Positions 63,598 to 64,000 of a stretch of 64,000 nucleotides of DNA are shown in pieces. Positions within the stretch are counted from its first letter, which is position 1. Each line of letters opens with the position of its first letter. The position numbers and the translations under genes were made by a program. The notes under the pieces are model-generated. The model was not told where the DNA came from. It made no database searches and was given only the letters and a program-made list of their open reading frames with translations. The DNA is from an uncultured Solirubrobacterales bacterium (GTDB lineage: Bacteria > Actinomycetota > Thermoleophilia > Solirubrobacterales > 70-9), in assembly GCA_963728365.1 (NCBI GenBank), contig CAVSJI010000002.1, positions 49,270 through 113,269 of the forward strand, read 5' to 3'.

Positions 63598-64000
63598 GTG
63601 CACCCGGTACCAGAAGCCATCCGCCAGGCACGCCTGGGCGCAAATCTCTCGCAGGTTGATCTTGCCGCGCGCGCCGGCACTTCTCAGTCTGCGCTCGCCC
63701 GCTATGAGACGGGCGCAGCACTTCCAACCCTCCCCACGCTGGAGCGCCTTCTGGCTGCATGCGGCAGGCGCTTGGAAATCAAGACACCCACTGCTCGCCC
63801 GTCCGCCCCTGCCAGCTCCGTGCGCAGCCAGCTTGGCCCACAGGCAGACAAGCTGCGCCATCGGCGTCGCCGACTGCTCGACGCCGCCGATAGGCACGGC
63901 ATTGGCCGCCTTCGCGCATTCGGATCCCTGGCCCGCGGTGAGGCGAGAGCCAATAGCGACATCGACCTTCTCGTCGATCTCAAACCCGGCCGAACCCTCC
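63598..64000 (+). CDS. XRE-type HTH fused to MNT-like nucleotidyltransferase domain (partial, runs off the right edge)
   Basis: Hand translation: VHPVPEAIRQARLGANLSQVDLAARAGTSQSALARYETGAALPTLPTLERLLAACG...RLRAFGSLARGEARANSDIDLLVDL (GSxxRGE..DxD NTase signature). Absent from the track because there is no stop in the window. Confidence 0.7.
   Translation, partial: MHPVPEAIRQARLGANLSQVDLAARAGTSQSALARYETGAALPTLPTLERLLAACGRRLEIKTPTARPSAPASSVRSQLGPQADKLRHRRRRLLDAADRHGIGRLRAFGSLARGEARANSDIDLLVDLKPGRTL

Overview
Very GC-rich, actinobacterium-like chromosomal segment, densely coding. Third codon positions are strongly G/C, so spurious antisense and alternate-frame ORFs are abundant. I saw no rRNA, CRISPR array, transposase or integrase. 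Contents from left to right follow. (1) The edge of a modular type I PKS locus (1-11.6 kb): a loading module A-ACP-KS-AT-DH-KR-ACP, the N-terminus of the next PKS, a UbiC-like chorismate lyase, a PPTase, and putative LmbU-like and PucR-like regulators. (2) Two OmpR/HK two-component systems and a DoxX-Rieske fusion. (3) A membrane redox locus: ApbE flavin transferase, two paralogous ferric-reductase-like heme membrane proteins, ferredoxin reductase, ferredoxin, and unusual Gly/Ser-rich PVTT-SGA[ST] repeat proteins. (4) A roughly 10 kb minus-strand operon (23.2-33.3 kb). It starts with an atypical class-I-shaped tRNA carrying anticodon UAA and a divergent ArgRS-like synthetase. It continues with a frameshifted PabAB, a GNAT, an HDAC-like deacetylase, a chorismate-mutase::P450 fusion, a flavin monooxygenase and a beta-propeller lipoprotein. 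(5) A small Fic plus AbiE-type toxin-antitoxin islet with an AT-rich control region. (6) An ECF sigma/anti-sigma pair, a BBE-type FAD oxidase and a SARP-NB-ARC-TPR regulator. (7) The most striking feature: four translationally coupled ORFs of 2787, 570, 332 and 1234 aa (44.3-59.1 kb). I cannot assign them to any characterised family. A convergent leaderless GH25 muramidase/PG-binding/OmpA-like protein flanks them. (8) An MBL hydrolase, an acylphosphatase::LigD-phosphoesterase fusion, a ferritin-like protein and a partial HTH-nucleotidyltransferase gene. A 47-nt palindromic element also occurs three times. All calls rest on hand-read motifs. No searches were run.
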